DNA of 41,630 nt from Candidatus Woesearchaeota archaeon (GTDB taxonomy: Archaea; Nanobdellota; Nanobdellia; Woesearchaeales; ARS49). Below are positions 16,094 to 25,495 of this stretch, piece by piece. The notes under the pieces were generated by a model, which saw nothing but the letters and a program-made list of their open reading frames with translations, had not been told where the DNA came from and did no database searches. The DNA lies in assembly GCA_041599235.1 (NCBI GenBank), contig JBFHWZ010000003.1, forward strand, positions 1 to 41,630, in the 5' to 3' direction. The number at the start of each line of letters is the position of its first letter. Within the stretch, counting starts at the first letter, position 1. Made by a program: the position numbers and the translations under genes.

Positions 16094-17437
16094 ATGCCAG
16101 TTGAAATTTGTGCTATCGGCGGTTATGGAGAATGCGGTAAAAACATGACTGCAGTCCGCGTCGATGATGAAGTGGTTGTGTTTGACATGGGCTTGCACTT
16201 GCCGAACTGGATTAAATTCACTGAGCAGGAGCATGAAGAAGTTGTTGCCTATGATTCTGATGAACTCAAGCGCGTTCGTGCTGTTCCTGATGATCGCGTG
16301 ATTGATGAATGGAAAGATAAGGTTGTTGCGATTGTTCCTGGCCACGGGCATTTGGATCATATTGGCGCAGTGCCGTTTTTGGCAAACGAGTATGCTTGTC
16401 CGGTTATTGCAACACCCATGACTGCTGAAGTGATTAAAGCTATTTTACGTGATGAGAAAATCCGCATAAAAAACAAGATCATTTCTTTGAATCCTGGTTC
16501 GGTGTTCAAGGTGTCCGATAACCTGAAAGTAGAGTTTGTGCATATCACACACTCTATTCCGCACAGCGTCATGGTTGCTTTGCATACTAAGTATGGCGTG
16601 GTATTGTACGCAACTGATTTCAAGCTTGATAATTCTCCTGTGATGGGCAAAAAACCTGATTATGACCGGCTCAAAGCCCTAAGTAAAAAAGGCATTTTGG
16701 TTTCAATTATTGATGCCTTGTATGCAAAAGATGCTAAGAAAACACCGAGTGAACAAGTTGCGCGGGAAATGCTGCGTGATGTCATGCTCGGTGTTGACAG
16801 CAAAGGCAAAGCAGTGTTTGTCACAACCTTTAGTTCGCATATTGCGCGCATAAAGAGCATTGTTGAGTTTGGCAAGCAGATGAATCGCAAGATTGTATTT
16901 ATGGGCAGGAGCTTGACCAAATATTGTATGGCTGCGCAGGATGCCAAGCTCATCAAGTTCGGCAAGGATATCATCTTCTGTAAGTTTGGCAGGGAGATTA
17001 GGAAAAAACTGCGCGAGATTGAAAAGCGCGGCCCGCAAAAATTCTTAATGGTCGTGACCGGCCATCAGGGTGAGCCACAAAGTACGCTCACCAAGATTGC
17101 AACCAACGTATTGCCATTCAGGTTCCAGTCAGAAGATCATGTGGTGTTCTCATGCACAGTGATTCCAACAGCCATTAACCGCGCACATAGAGAAGTGCTT
17201 GAAGCCAACCTCAGAGAAAAAGGCGTGCGCATGTTCAAAGATATTCACGTTTCAGGGCACGGTTCAAGAGAAGATATCAGGGATTTTATCAATTTTGTCA
17301 AGCCCCAGCATGTTATCCCAACGCACGCTGAAGGCCCCAGTATTGAGGCATTCTGTGATTTAGCTGTTGAGCTGGGCTATCAGGAAGGCAAGACTGTGCA
17401 TAACCTATTGAACGGGCACAGGCTTGTTTTGGAATAA
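16094..17437 (+). CDS. rnj: Ribonuclease J (beta-CASP metallo-beta-lactamase)
   Basis: GGYGECGKNMT, HGHLDHIGA, HSIP, TTFSSHIAR, TGHQGEP, HVSGH. Confidence 0.95.
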   Translation: MPVEICAIGGYGECGKNMTAVRVDDEVVVFDMGLHLPNWIKFTEQEHEEVVAYDSDELKRVRAVPDDRVIDEWKDKVVAIVPGHGHLDHIGAVPFLANEYACPVIATPMTAEVIKAILRDEKIRIKNKIISLNPGSVFKVSDNLKVEFVHITHSIPHSVMVALHTKYGVVLYATDFKLDNSPVMGKKPDYDRLKALSKKGILVSIIDALYAKDAKKTPSEQVAREMLRDVMLGVDSKGKAVFVTTFSSHIARIKSIVEFGKQMNRKIVFMGRSLTKYCMAAQDAKLIKFGKDIIFCKFGREIRKKLREIEKRGPQKFLMVVTGHQGEPQSTLTKIATNVLPFRFQSEDHVVFSCTVIPTAINRAHREVLEANLREKGVRMFKDIHVSGHGSREDIRDFINFVKPQHVIPTHAEGPSIEAFCDLAVELGYQEGKTVHNLLNGHRLVLE

Positions 17438-17505
17438 CACTACTAGTGGGGACTAATAATCTTTAAATACAAGTGCGCCACTATTCAGCACAGGGGGTTC
17501 GACTA

Positions 17506-18249
17506 ATGAAACTCGTACTTGCAGATTCAACGCTATTAAAAGATTCCATCACAGTTATCTCTGAGCTCGTGCATGAAGCACGCTTTAAGGTCACCAAGGA
17601 CGGCCTTGAGCTGGTTGCCATGGACCCTGCTAACGTGGCCATGGTGGTGTACAAGCTTTTGAGCAGCGCTTTTGCAGAATACGAGCTCAAGCAAGACACA
17701 GAGCTTGGCATTAACCTGACTAGTTTTAAGCAAATTCTCAAGCGGGCAAAAGCAAATGACATTGTTACCCTAGAACTGCAGGAAAACAAATTAAAAATCC
17801 AGTTCAAAGGCGACAGTGTCAGAACCTTTAGCATGCCCATCATTGATTTAGAAGAAAAAGAGCAGCGCGTTCCGAATTTAAGCTTCCCCGTATCAGTGCA
17901 CACACATTCTAAGAAGCTCAATGAAGCAATCGATGATGCTGATATTGTTGCAGAAAGCGTTACCTTTGCTGCAGAGCCTGACCTGTTCACCATCCAGGCA
18001 GAAGGCGACCTGAGCAAGGCAAATATTGAGATTAAAGCAGATGATGTAACCAAGATAACCGCAGAGACCAGCGCAAAAGTCAAGGCAAAATACAGCATTG
18101 AATACCTCAAGAAAATAATCCAGGGCTCAAAGCTCGCTGACCAGGCAAGTGTGTACTTTAATCAGGATTATCCATTGAAAGTAGAATACAAAGTAATTGA
18201 CAAACTGCTCTTGAGCTTTATTCTAGCTCCGCGCGTAGAAAATGACTAA
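17506..18249 (+). CDS. pcn: DNA polymerase sliding clamp PCNA
   Basis: AMDPANVAMV, YSIEYLKK, DYPL, FILAPRVE; start at ATG 17506; TATA at 17462-17469. Confidence 0.98.
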   Translation: MKLVLADSTLLKDSITVISELVHEARFKVTKDGLELVAMDPANVAMVVYKLLSSAFAEYELKQDTELGINLTSFKQILKRAKANDIVTLELQENKLKIQFKGDSVRTFSMPIIDLEEKEQRVPNLSFPVSVHTHSKKLNEAIDDADIVAESVTFAAEPDLFTIQAEGDLSKANIEIKADDVTKITAETSAKVKAKYSIEYLKKIIQGSKLADQASVYFNQDYPLKVEYKVIDKLLLSFILAPRVEND

Positions 18250-19316
18250 ACTGATTGAATAATTTTCAGTGCAGGATCTTTATCTTTTGGGTTTTTGAAT
18301 TTCTTCAGATAATCCCCTAGTTTTTCTTTCATTTCTTTTTTGTATGCTTCTTTGATGGGCAGAGCATTTATTTCTGCTTCCCAGTCAATATCCGTATACG
18401 CTACAAAGTTGCTGGTAAAGGTTCTGTTTTCTTTTCTGATCATAGCATCTATTTTTTTTGCTTTTTCTGTGCCAAACTGCTGGGTTGCAGGGAATTTGGT
18501 GAGCGCATTTGCTCCTGCTTTCATGTAATGGCCTGCTTCTTCGCATCGTCTGAGGTTAGTTCCTGCAATAATCTCCAGTTTTGGGAATCTGATGCGCAGG
18601 CTGGCCATCCAGGCAAGGTACTCATCTGAGCTTGGACCTTTGGTATAGCCAGTTCCCCGCACTGGCTTGAGCGCATACATAGTGACGCGATCGATTTTGT
18701 GTTTCTCAATGAAATCATACAGGTAGTGCATGTCTTCAAGCTTGTCGCCCAGGCCTACAATGATGCAGATGCTTTTCTTAAAGCCTTCAAGAGTTGAGAA
18801 CATTCTATCGTAGGGCTCTATTGGCTTGTTAGGACAGACTTCCTTGTGGATGTCTGGATGCAGTGTTTCCATTGATGCCACAATGCCTTTCACATACGGC
18901 CTGCATTGTTCCAAAAATGAGTTGGGCAGCACGCCCAGGTTGAGCCACATTTTTTCTCCATACACCAGGCTTACATTCTTAACGATCTCGAGTATGTCTT
19001 CAAAGGGCATGATGCCATAGCCGCCAGTTAAAAATTCTATTCGCCAGTTGAAGACTTTGCAGAACAGTGCTTCAAGCAGCATGGTTCCCATTGAGCGCCG
19101 TGATGTTTCTGCATGCCTTTTCTGGTGTTGTATTGTTGACCGATAGCAGAACTTGCAGTCAAGTGCGCAGTGCCAGCTGACAAAAATACACCGCCCATAC
19201 CACGTACTGCCATTGAAGTTTTCAAAATAGGTTTTTTCTGCCTTAGTAAGAAGGTCTTTAGTGCCCTCACTAAGCGTGATGTCTTCTGCTCTCAGGAATA
19301 CTGAAGGGTCGTACAT
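18246..19316 (-). CDS. Radical SAM protein (BioB-like TIM barrel), function unknown
   Basis: CALDCKFC CxxxCxxC motif, LTGGYG, SMET, IIVGLG; ATG 19316 lies 22 nt from the TATA box. Confidence 0.9.
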   Translation of the reverse strand: MYDPSVFLRAEDITLSEGTKDLLTKAEKTYFENFNGSTWYGRCIFVSWHCALDCKFCYRSTIQHQKRHAETSRRSMGTMLLEALFCKVFNWRIEFLTGGYGIMPFEDILEIVKNVSLVYGEKMWLNLGVLPNSFLEQCRPYVKGIVASMETLHPDIHKEVCPNKPIEPYDRMFSTLEGFKKSICIIVGLGDKLEDMHYLYDFIEKHKIDRVTMYALKPVRGTGYTKGPSSDEYLAWMASLRIRFPKLEIIAGTNLRRCEEAGHYMKAGANALTKFPATQQFGTEKAKKIDAMIRKENRTFTSNFVAYTDIDWEAEINALPIKEAYKKEMKEKLGDYLKKFKNPKDKDPALKIIQSV

Positions 19317-19370
19317 ACAAGAAGCCAATGCTGTCTGATTTATAAACGTTGGGTTAGAAAAAATAAAAAA

Positions 19371-19826
19371 TTATTTGTTCCCAAAGTAGAACATTTTCTC
19401 AATAGAAACGTCTTCGGAGTTGAACTCGCCTTGTTTTGGGTGCGGTTCTTCTTTCTTAGCTGCAAGGGTTGCTTGCTGTTCTGCTTTTGGTGGGGCTATC
19501 GTTTGCTGTGCTTGTTGCGGAGCTCGGGGAGCTTGCCTGAGCTGATCCACGTCAGCTTTGAGTTGCTGGAGCTCTGCTGCGATTTTCTGAATATACTCTC
19601 CTAAGCGCCTGTTTTCGCGTTCAAGATGTACTTGATAGAGCTGGTCTGATGATGGGTTCTCAACAGTTTTAGTTGATTCTTTTGCTCGATGCAAGAATTC
19701 ACGCACTTCATCTTGGCGCACCATTTGTTCTGCTTGTTCAAAGGCAGCATCAGAGCTGTCAGCCATATTATGCCTGCGTAATTCAGCGCTCAGCTGATTG
19801 ACTTTGCGTAGTTTTTCAACATCCAT
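19371..19826 (-). CDS. Hypothetical coiled-coil protein with a C-terminal IEKMFYFG peptide
   Basis: Strong SD GGAGG; helical core, Gln/Pro linker, motif-like C-terminus. Confidence 0.85.
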   Translation of the reverse strand: MDVEKLRKVNQLSAELRRHNMADSSDAAFEQAEQMVRQDEVREFLHRAKESTKTVENPSSDQLYQVHLERENRRLGEYIQKIAAELQQLKADVDQLRQAPRAPQQAQQTIAPPKAEQQATLAAKKEEPHPKQGEFNSEDVSIEKMFYFGNK

Positions 19827-19841
19827 GGTAATCCTCCTCTT

Positions 19842-20096
19842 TTACTCAATCACTAAGTATCCATCTTGATTGATAACAAAGCTTCGTTTTTTCTCAACAG
19901 GCACTTCTTCTGTTTTCTTGACTGGTGCCGTGGGTGCTGCTGGTATGCGTGCTCGTTTCATGCTGCCTAAGAGGTTCACGCATTTTGCGCAGTATTCCTT
20001 AATGCCCTCTTTTTTGGCAACACAGTGTTTGCACATACGGTTGCCGCACCAGTTGCAGTCTTTGATTAAATCCCGTTTATGAAATCGACATTTCAT
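19842..20096 (-). CDS. Small Cys/His-rich zinc-finger protein (B-box-like)
   Basis: CxxH...CxxC...CxxC...CxxC; TATA box 22 nt upstream. Confidence 0.8.
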   Translation of the reverse strand: MKCRFHKRDLIKDCNWCGNRMCKHCVAKKEGIKEYCAKCVNLLGSMKRARIPAAPTAPVKKTEEVPVEKKRSFVINQDGYLVIE

Positions 20097-20180
20097 GGTG
20101 TGTTTTGTAAAAAGCTAGTATATAAATGTTACTATTTCGTATACTGAAGTTTTATATATCCCTAGCTTCAAAATCCCGCC

Positions 20181-20606
20181 ATGCGCAAAGAGGACCTTAA
20201 AGACTGGATACTGCATTATCTGAAAAGCAAGGATGTTTTTCAGAAAGCGATTCAGGGCATTCAAGAAGACCAGGATGGCTATGACTTACTGGTCAAGCGC
20301 TCAGACAATGACCAGCATGTGCTCATTCTGCCTGAGCTCACTGATTTAGCTGCTGTTGAGAAAAAGTGCAATGACAAACACTTGTTAGTGGTTGTAGCCA
20401 ACTCACGCAAGAACCTCACCTTTGTACTGAAAAACTGGCTGCGTTTAGCAACCCATAAGCGATTGTGCTTGTTTTTTGTCAATCCAAAAAGCATAACAGA
20501 AAAACGCTGGATTATCTATCCGCACACACATAATGCTATAACTGAGAAATCAGCTCTCAAAAAAGGGCTGGAAGCCTTGTTTGCAACAGTTGATGAAGCG
20601 TTTTAA
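20181..20606 (+). CDS. Hypothetical protein
   Basis: 141-aa ORF; TATA TTTATATA at 20151-20158. Confidence 0.8.
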   Translation: MRKEDLKDWILHYLKSKDVFQKAIQGIQEDQDGYDLLVKRSDNDQHVLILPELTDLAAVEKKCNDKHLLVVVANSRKNLTFVLKNWLRLATHKRLCLFFVNPKSITEKRWIIYPHTHNAITEKSALKKGLEALFATVDEAF

Positions 20607-20878
20607 GCTGCTTCTTCTTCGCCTTCTTTGTAGCTTGGCACTGCTGCTCTGCTGATAAGCACAATATCGCCAATGGCCTTAACAAGAGAATGTGGTACAA
20701 TAACGCCTTTGGCACTGCCGAGCACTTTGCTCAGAAATGAGTTTTTGCTTGCTTTGACGCGCCACCCATATACTTTTGTCTGCGTCAGCATGATTTCTTC
20801 AACATCACCGAAATATTCACCTGTATCAGTAAAGACCTTCATGTCAAAAGTGTCAGTAATTTTTTTCATCTTGAGCAT
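20603..20878 (-). CDS. PRC-barrel domain protein (CdpB-like)
   Basis: VFTDTGEYFGDVEEI...GVIVPHSLVKAIGDIVLI; SD AAGGAGG. Confidence 0.9.
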   Translation of the reverse strand: MLKMKKITDTFDMKVFTDTGEYFGDVEEIMLTQTKVYGWRVKASKNSFLSKVLGSAKGVIVPHSLVKAIGDIVLISRAAVPSYKEGEEEAA

Positions 20879-20991
20879 AGTGTTTGCCTCCTTTAGGTTT
20901 CCAGAGAGAAGTTGGTATATAAATTTTGTGGAAGGCTAGAATAGAGGTTGTTAACAAAAGGTATTTATAAGCTGAGCGAGACTGGCAATGC

Positions 20992-21666
20992 ATGAAATAT
21001 AAGAACCTCATCCTGATTGGCACCTCGCATATTTCTCCTAAAAGCCTGCAGGAGGTGCAGTCAGCCATAGAAAAGTATGAGCCAGGTATTGTGGCAATTG
21101 AGCTTGACAAAAAACGCTTGGTTGCCTTGTTGCAGAAGAAAAAGTCAAAGATCCGGCTCAAGGACATCAGGCGCATTGGTTTCAAGGGTTACCTGTTTTC
21201 GTTGATTGGTGCCTGGGTTGAGCGCAAGCTTGGAGAGCAAGTAGGTACTAAGCCCGGCAGTGAAATGCTGGTTGCAGTGAAAACTGCAAAAAAGCAGGGA
21301 GCGCTGCTTGCCTTGATTGATCAGGATATTGAAATCACGCTCAGGCGGTTCTCTCAAGAGCTTACCTGGAAAGAAAAATGGAACTTTGTTGTTGACCTTT
21401 TCAAGGGAGCGGTCTTGCGGAAAAAAGAAATTCCGTTTGATTTGCGCACTGTTCCCAGCCAGGCAGTTATCACTAAGCTGATCAAAAAAGTAAAAAAGCG
21501 GTATCCGAGCATTTACAAGGTCTTGGTTGTTGAACGCAACAGCATCATGGCTGCTAACCTGGCAGGCATTATGCGCGCCTATCCTGACAAGCTGATTGTA
21601 GCCATTATTGGTGCAGGCCATGAGAAAGAGTTGTTAGCACTTGTCAAGAAAGAGCTAAATATATAA
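20992..21666 (+). CDS. TraB/PrgY/GumN family protein (soluble domain only)
   Basis: LIGTSH, VAIELD, PGSEM, ERN, IIGAGH. Confidence 0.92.
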   Translation: MKYKNLILIGTSHISPKSLQEVQSAIEKYEPGIVAIELDKKRLVALLQKKKSKIRLKDIRRIGFKGYLFSLIGAWVERKLGEQVGTKPGSEMLVAVKTAKKQGALLALIDQDIEITLRRFSQELTWKEKWNFVVDLFKGAVLRKKEIPFDLRTVPSQAVITKLIKKVKKRYPSIYKVLVVERNSIMAANLAGIMRAYPDKLIVAIIGAGHEKELLALVKKELNI

Positions 21667-21689
21667 AGAACAACCATACAAAAGGCGAC

Positions 21690-22430
21690 ATGATTGAAAA
21701 TTATGGTGATAAAGTAAAGCGGTTTTTTCGCTTTACCAAAGAGGAGTACCGTGATTTTATTTGCTTAGTCATTCTCTTTGGTTTTATTCTGAGCTTCACC
21801 CAGTGGGGCACGGTTGCTTTTGATGCTGCAGCAGGCTTCAAAAGCTGGCTCATTGCGTGCTTCATTGTCGCGCTTGGTTTGTTTGTGCATCATGCTGCGC
21901 AGCGCTTGATTGCGCTCTATTGGGGATTTCGTGCTCAGCAAAAAATCTGGCTGCCCGGCCTGGCATTGGGGTTAGTATTGGTTTTTCTTAGTAATGGTAA
22001 TGTGATGCTGTTTACTGCGACCAGGACCTTTATCCATGTGCTGCCAGTGCATCGGTTAGGCAAGTACCGCTATGGACCTAATCTGAGAGCCTATGGTAGT
22101 GTGTGCATGTTCGGGCCGTTAGCTAACGTGCTCTTTGCTGCAGTTGCGTATGTGCTTTCCTATGCTATTCCTGGGCGGTTCTTAATGGACCTGGCAATGT
22201 TCAGCTTGGTCTTGGGCTTGTGGAATGCCTTACCTATTCCGCCGCTTGATGGCGGCAAGATGTTCTATGCATCACGCTTGATCTATTCATGGTGGGCAGG
22301 CGCAGTGCTTGGTTTTATAGGTGCTGTTTGGGCCTTAGGACTTGCTATTGTGCCCGCGATCCTGGTAGCACTTGTTACTGGCACTATCATCTGGCTGGTC
22401 ATCTGGATTGCATTTGAACGCCATCTCTAG
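21690..22430 (+). CDS. Site-2 protease (M50) family membrane protein, HExxH degenerate
   Basis: GPLANV and NALPIPPLDGG present; the HExxH position reads HHAAQ. Confidence 0.85.
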   Translation: MIENYGDKVKRFFRFTKEEYRDFICLVILFGFILSFTQWGTVAFDAAAGFKSWLIACFIVALGLFVHHAAQRLIALYWGFRAQQKIWLPGLALGLVLVFLSNGNVMLFTATRTFIHVLPVHRLGKYRYGPNLRAYGSVCMFGPLANVLFAAVAYVLSYAIPGRFLMDLAMFSLVLGLWNALPIPPLDGGKMFYASRLIYSWWAGAVLGFIGAVWALGLAIVPAILVALVTGTIIWLVIWIAFERHL

Positions 22431-22470
22431 GCGCACAAAACTTATAAAGCTCCGTGCCTTGGTTTCTGGT

Positions 22471-24645
22471 ATGATTCAGGGGTTTGAGCCGCGGTTATAT
22501 CAGGAAACCATTTTCTCAACAGTGTCTGGTAAGAATACCTTAGTTGTACTGCCGACCGGCATGGGCAAGACTGCCATTGCCATGATGCTTGCAGCGCACC
22601 GCCTGAAATTATTTCCCAAAAGCAAAATCTTGTTTCTTGCGCCAACTAAGCCGTTGGTTGAGCAGCACTTGCGCAGTTTTCAGGAACACTTAGATGTTCC
22701 CATGGCTGTGTTTACTGGCGAAGTTGCGCCAGCAAAGCGTGCAGCGCAATGGACTGATGCTAAAATCATATTCAGCACACCGCAAGGCATGGGCAATGAT
22801 GTGATTAACCAAAAAGTCCAGCTCAAAGATGTTTCCTTGTTGGTCTTGGATGAAGCGCACAAGGCAGTTGGTAATTATGACTATGTTTTTTTAGCAAAAC
22901 AATACATGAAAAAAGCAGGCTTTCCACGAATTCTTGGTTTGACTGCTAGTCCAGGCAGTGATCAGGAAAAAATCCAGGATGTATGCAAAAACTTGTTCAT
23001 TGAAGCTGTTGAAATCAGGAGCATTGATGATCCTGATGTAAAGGAGTATGTGCAGGAAATGGATTTTGAGTGGATAAAAGTTGAACTGCCTGAAGAGCTT
23101 AAGAAAGTTCAGAAGTTTTTGAAAGACTGCTTACAGGAAAGAACAAGTGAGCTGAAAAAATACGGCGTGAGAAAGCCGTTTTTATCAAAAACAGATTTAC
23201 TGAGCTTACAAAGGCAATTACAGGCAAAACTGTCCTCTGGACAGCGGGATTTTTCTGTTATGAAATCCTTGAGTCTGGTTGCTGAACTGATGAAAGCGCA
23301 ACATGCGCTGGAGCTGTTAGAAACGCAAGGACTCGCTCCCCTGCACGCATACTTGACTAAAATGTTTGAAGAAGCTAAAACCAGCAAAGTAAAAGCAGTC
23401 AAGAACCTAACAAGTAATGTGAACTTCAGAAGCGCTTTGGTGAAAACAGCAGCATTGATTGAAAAAAATATTGAACATCCCAAGCTAACGAAACTGCACG
23501 AGCTTGTTGAAAAAGAAATCAGTGCCAACAACAAAGCAAAGATTATCTTGTTTACTCAATTCAGGGATTCTGCTGTGCAAATCAAGGAAAAGCTGGAAAA
23601 CATCAAAGACGTGGTGCCAGTGATTTTTGTCGGGCAAGCAAAAAAAAGCGGCACCGGATTGAGTCAAAAAGAGCAGGCTGCCATTCTTGAGCAGTTCAGG
23701 GACGGCCTGTATAATGTACTAATTGCAACCAGTGTTGCTGAAGAAGGATTAGATATTCCAAAAGTGGATGTGGTTATGTTCTATGAGCCTGTGCCGTCTG
23801 CTATCAGGACCATTCAGCGCAGAGGCAGAACAGGCAGGCAGGATAAAGGCAGGGTTACTGTGCTCATGACGCAAGGCACGCGCGACGAAGGCTATCGGTG
23901 GAGTGCGCATCATAAGGAAAAGCGCATGAATCGCGTGCTCAACAAGCTTAAGCAGAACTTTGATATCAAGCAGCCGCAGCAAAAGCTGAACAAGTTTGAG
24001 CAAGGGTTTTTGATTTTTGCTGATTATCGTGAAAAAGGCTCAGGCATTATCAAAGAATTAGCTGATTTAGGCGTGCAAATGCGTTTGGAAATGCTTGATA
24101 GTGCTGATTATATGCTGTCTCCAAGGGTCGGTGTTGAGGTTAAGACAGTCCCTGACTTTGTGGGCAGTATTATCGACGGCAGATTGTTAGAGCAGCTCAG
24201 GGCTTTGTCACGAAAATTTGAACGGCCAGTGGTTATTATTGAAGGCACAGAAGATATGTATTCTGTTCGCAAAGTGCATCCAAATGCTATTCGTGGCATG
24301 TTAGCCACCATTGCGGTAAGCTACGGCATTCCAGTGCTCAGAACTGCTGACAGCAAAGAAACAGCTGCGTTGTTAGTATCTATTTCCAAGCGCGAACAAG
24401 AATATGGCAGCACTGATTTTACGCCACACTCAGAAAAGCGCGTGTTTTCAGTAAAAGAACAACAGGAATATCTGGTCAGTTCCTTGCCCAGTGTCGGCCC
24501 AAGCTTAGCTAAAGAATTATTAAAACAATTCAAGTCAATCAAAGCATTAGTAAATGCATCAGAAGAAGAGCTTAAGCAAGTGTCTGGTGTTGGAGACAAG
24601 ATTGCAAAAGCAATCAGGGAATTAGTTGAAAAAGAATACGCTTAA
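22471..24645 (+). CDS. hef: Hef/FANCM-like SF2 helicase fused to an ERCC4 nuclease and HhH domain
   Basis: LPTGMGKT, DEAH, TAS, QRRGRTGR, ADY...EVKTVPD (ERKxxxD-like), HhH repeats; start at ATG 22471. Confidence 0.96.
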   Translation: MIQGFEPRLYQETIFSTVSGKNTLVVLPTGMGKTAIAMMLAAHRLKLFPKSKILFLAPTKPLVEQHLRSFQEHLDVPMAVFTGEVAPAKRAAQWTDAKIIFSTPQGMGNDVINQKVQLKDVSLLVLDEAHKAVGNYDYVFLAKQYMKKAGFPRILGLTASPGSDQEKIQDVCKNLFIEAVEIRSIDDPDVKEYVQEMDFEWIKVELPEELKKVQKFLKDCLQERTSELKKYGVRKPFLSKTDLLSLQRQLQAKLSSGQRDFSVMKSLSLVAELMKAQHALELLETQGLAPLHAYLTKMFEEAKTSKVKAVKNLTSNVNFRSALVKTAALIEKNIEHPKLTKLHELVEKEISANNKAKIILFTQFRDSAVQIKEKLENIKDVVPVIFVGQAKKSGTGLSQKEQAAILEQFRDGLYNVLIATSVAEEGLDIPKVDVVMFYEPVPSAIRTIQRRGRTGRQDKGRVTVLMTQGTRDEGYRWSAHHKEKRMNRVLNKLKQNFDIKQPQQKLNKFEQGFLIFADYREKGSGIIKELADLGVQMRLEMLDSADYMLSPRVGVEVKTVPDFVGSIIDGRLLEQLRALSRKFERPVVIIEGTEDMYSVRKVHPNAIRGMLATIAVSYGIPVLRTADSKETAALLVSISKREQEYGSTDFTPHSEKRVFSVKEQQEYLVSSLPSVGPSLAKELLKQFKSIKALVNASEEELKQVSGVGDKIAKAIRELVEKEYA

Positions 24646-25490
24646 ACTTTCATTTCCCGCAATCGTTTCACTCGTTCTTTCATTGGCGGGTGCGTGCTAA
24701 ATAATCCTGCAATGCCTGCTGCTGAGAAGGGGTTGACAATAAACAATGAGCTGGTGACTGAGTTGCCGCGCATTGGTTTTGCTTTGACGCCATGATGTAG
24801 TTTCTCTAATGCGCTTGCTAATGCTTTGGGATTGCCAATTGTTTTTGCGCCTGTTGAGTCTGCTAAGTATTCTCTGCTTCTGCTGATTGCTAATTGTAAT
24901 ATAATTGCAATAAGGGGTGCTAGGATTGCTAAGGCAAGAAGACCAAGCAGGTTGTTGTTATTGTCATTATCGCCGCGCATGCCGCCAAAGATTGCTGCCC
25001 AGCGTGCCATCATGGCTAAATAACTGATTACTGCAGCTATGGTTGCTGCTATGGTTGTTACCAGAATGTCTCTGTTTTTGACATGGCTGACTTCATGAGC
25101 AAGCACGCCGGTTAATTCATCTTCATTCAACAAGTCAAGAATGCCTTCAGTGCAGGCTACGACTGCGTTTTTTGGGTTTCTGCCTGTTGCAAACGCATTA
25201 GGTGTTTGGGTGGGCACTATGTAGAGTTTTGGTTTTGGTATGCCTGCTTTTTTGCTAATATCTGCAACTATCTTGTGCAGTTTTGGATAGTCTTTCTTAT
25301 GTGCTGGCCGTGCACGATACATTGCAAGCACTATTTTGTCTGAAAAAAAATACGTGCCGAGGTTCATGAGTAATGAAAAGGCCAGTGCTATTGCTAATCC
25401 TGTTCTGCCGCCAAAAACTGAGCCTGCCCAAAGCAATAATCCTGTCAGCACTCCCAGCAACAATACTGTTTTAATGTGATTCCAAACCAT
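24642..25490 (-). CDS. htpX: Zn metalloprotease HtpX (M48)
   Basis: PNAFATGR, AHEVSH, SRSREYLAD, STHPP. Confidence 0.97.
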   Translation of the reverse strand: MVWNHIKTVLLLGVLTGLLLWAGSVFGGRTGLAIALAFSLLMNLGTYFFSDKIVLAMYRARPAHKKDYPKLHKIVADISKKAGIPKPKLYIVPTQTPNAFATGRNPKNAVVACTEGILDLLNEDELTGVLAHEVSHVKNRDILVTTIAATIAAVISYLAMMARWAAIFGGMRGDNDNNNNLLGLLALAILAPLIAIILQLAISRSREYLADSTGAKTIGNPKALASALEKLHHGVKAKPMRGNSVTSSLFIVNPFSAAGIAGLFSTHPPMKERVKRLREMKV

Positions 25491-25495
25491 AACGC

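Noticed and set aside
24100-24170. Inactive Hef nuclease (EVK instead of ERK)
   Set aside because: The catalytic Asp, Glu, Lys and downstream Asp are retained; only the Arg differs
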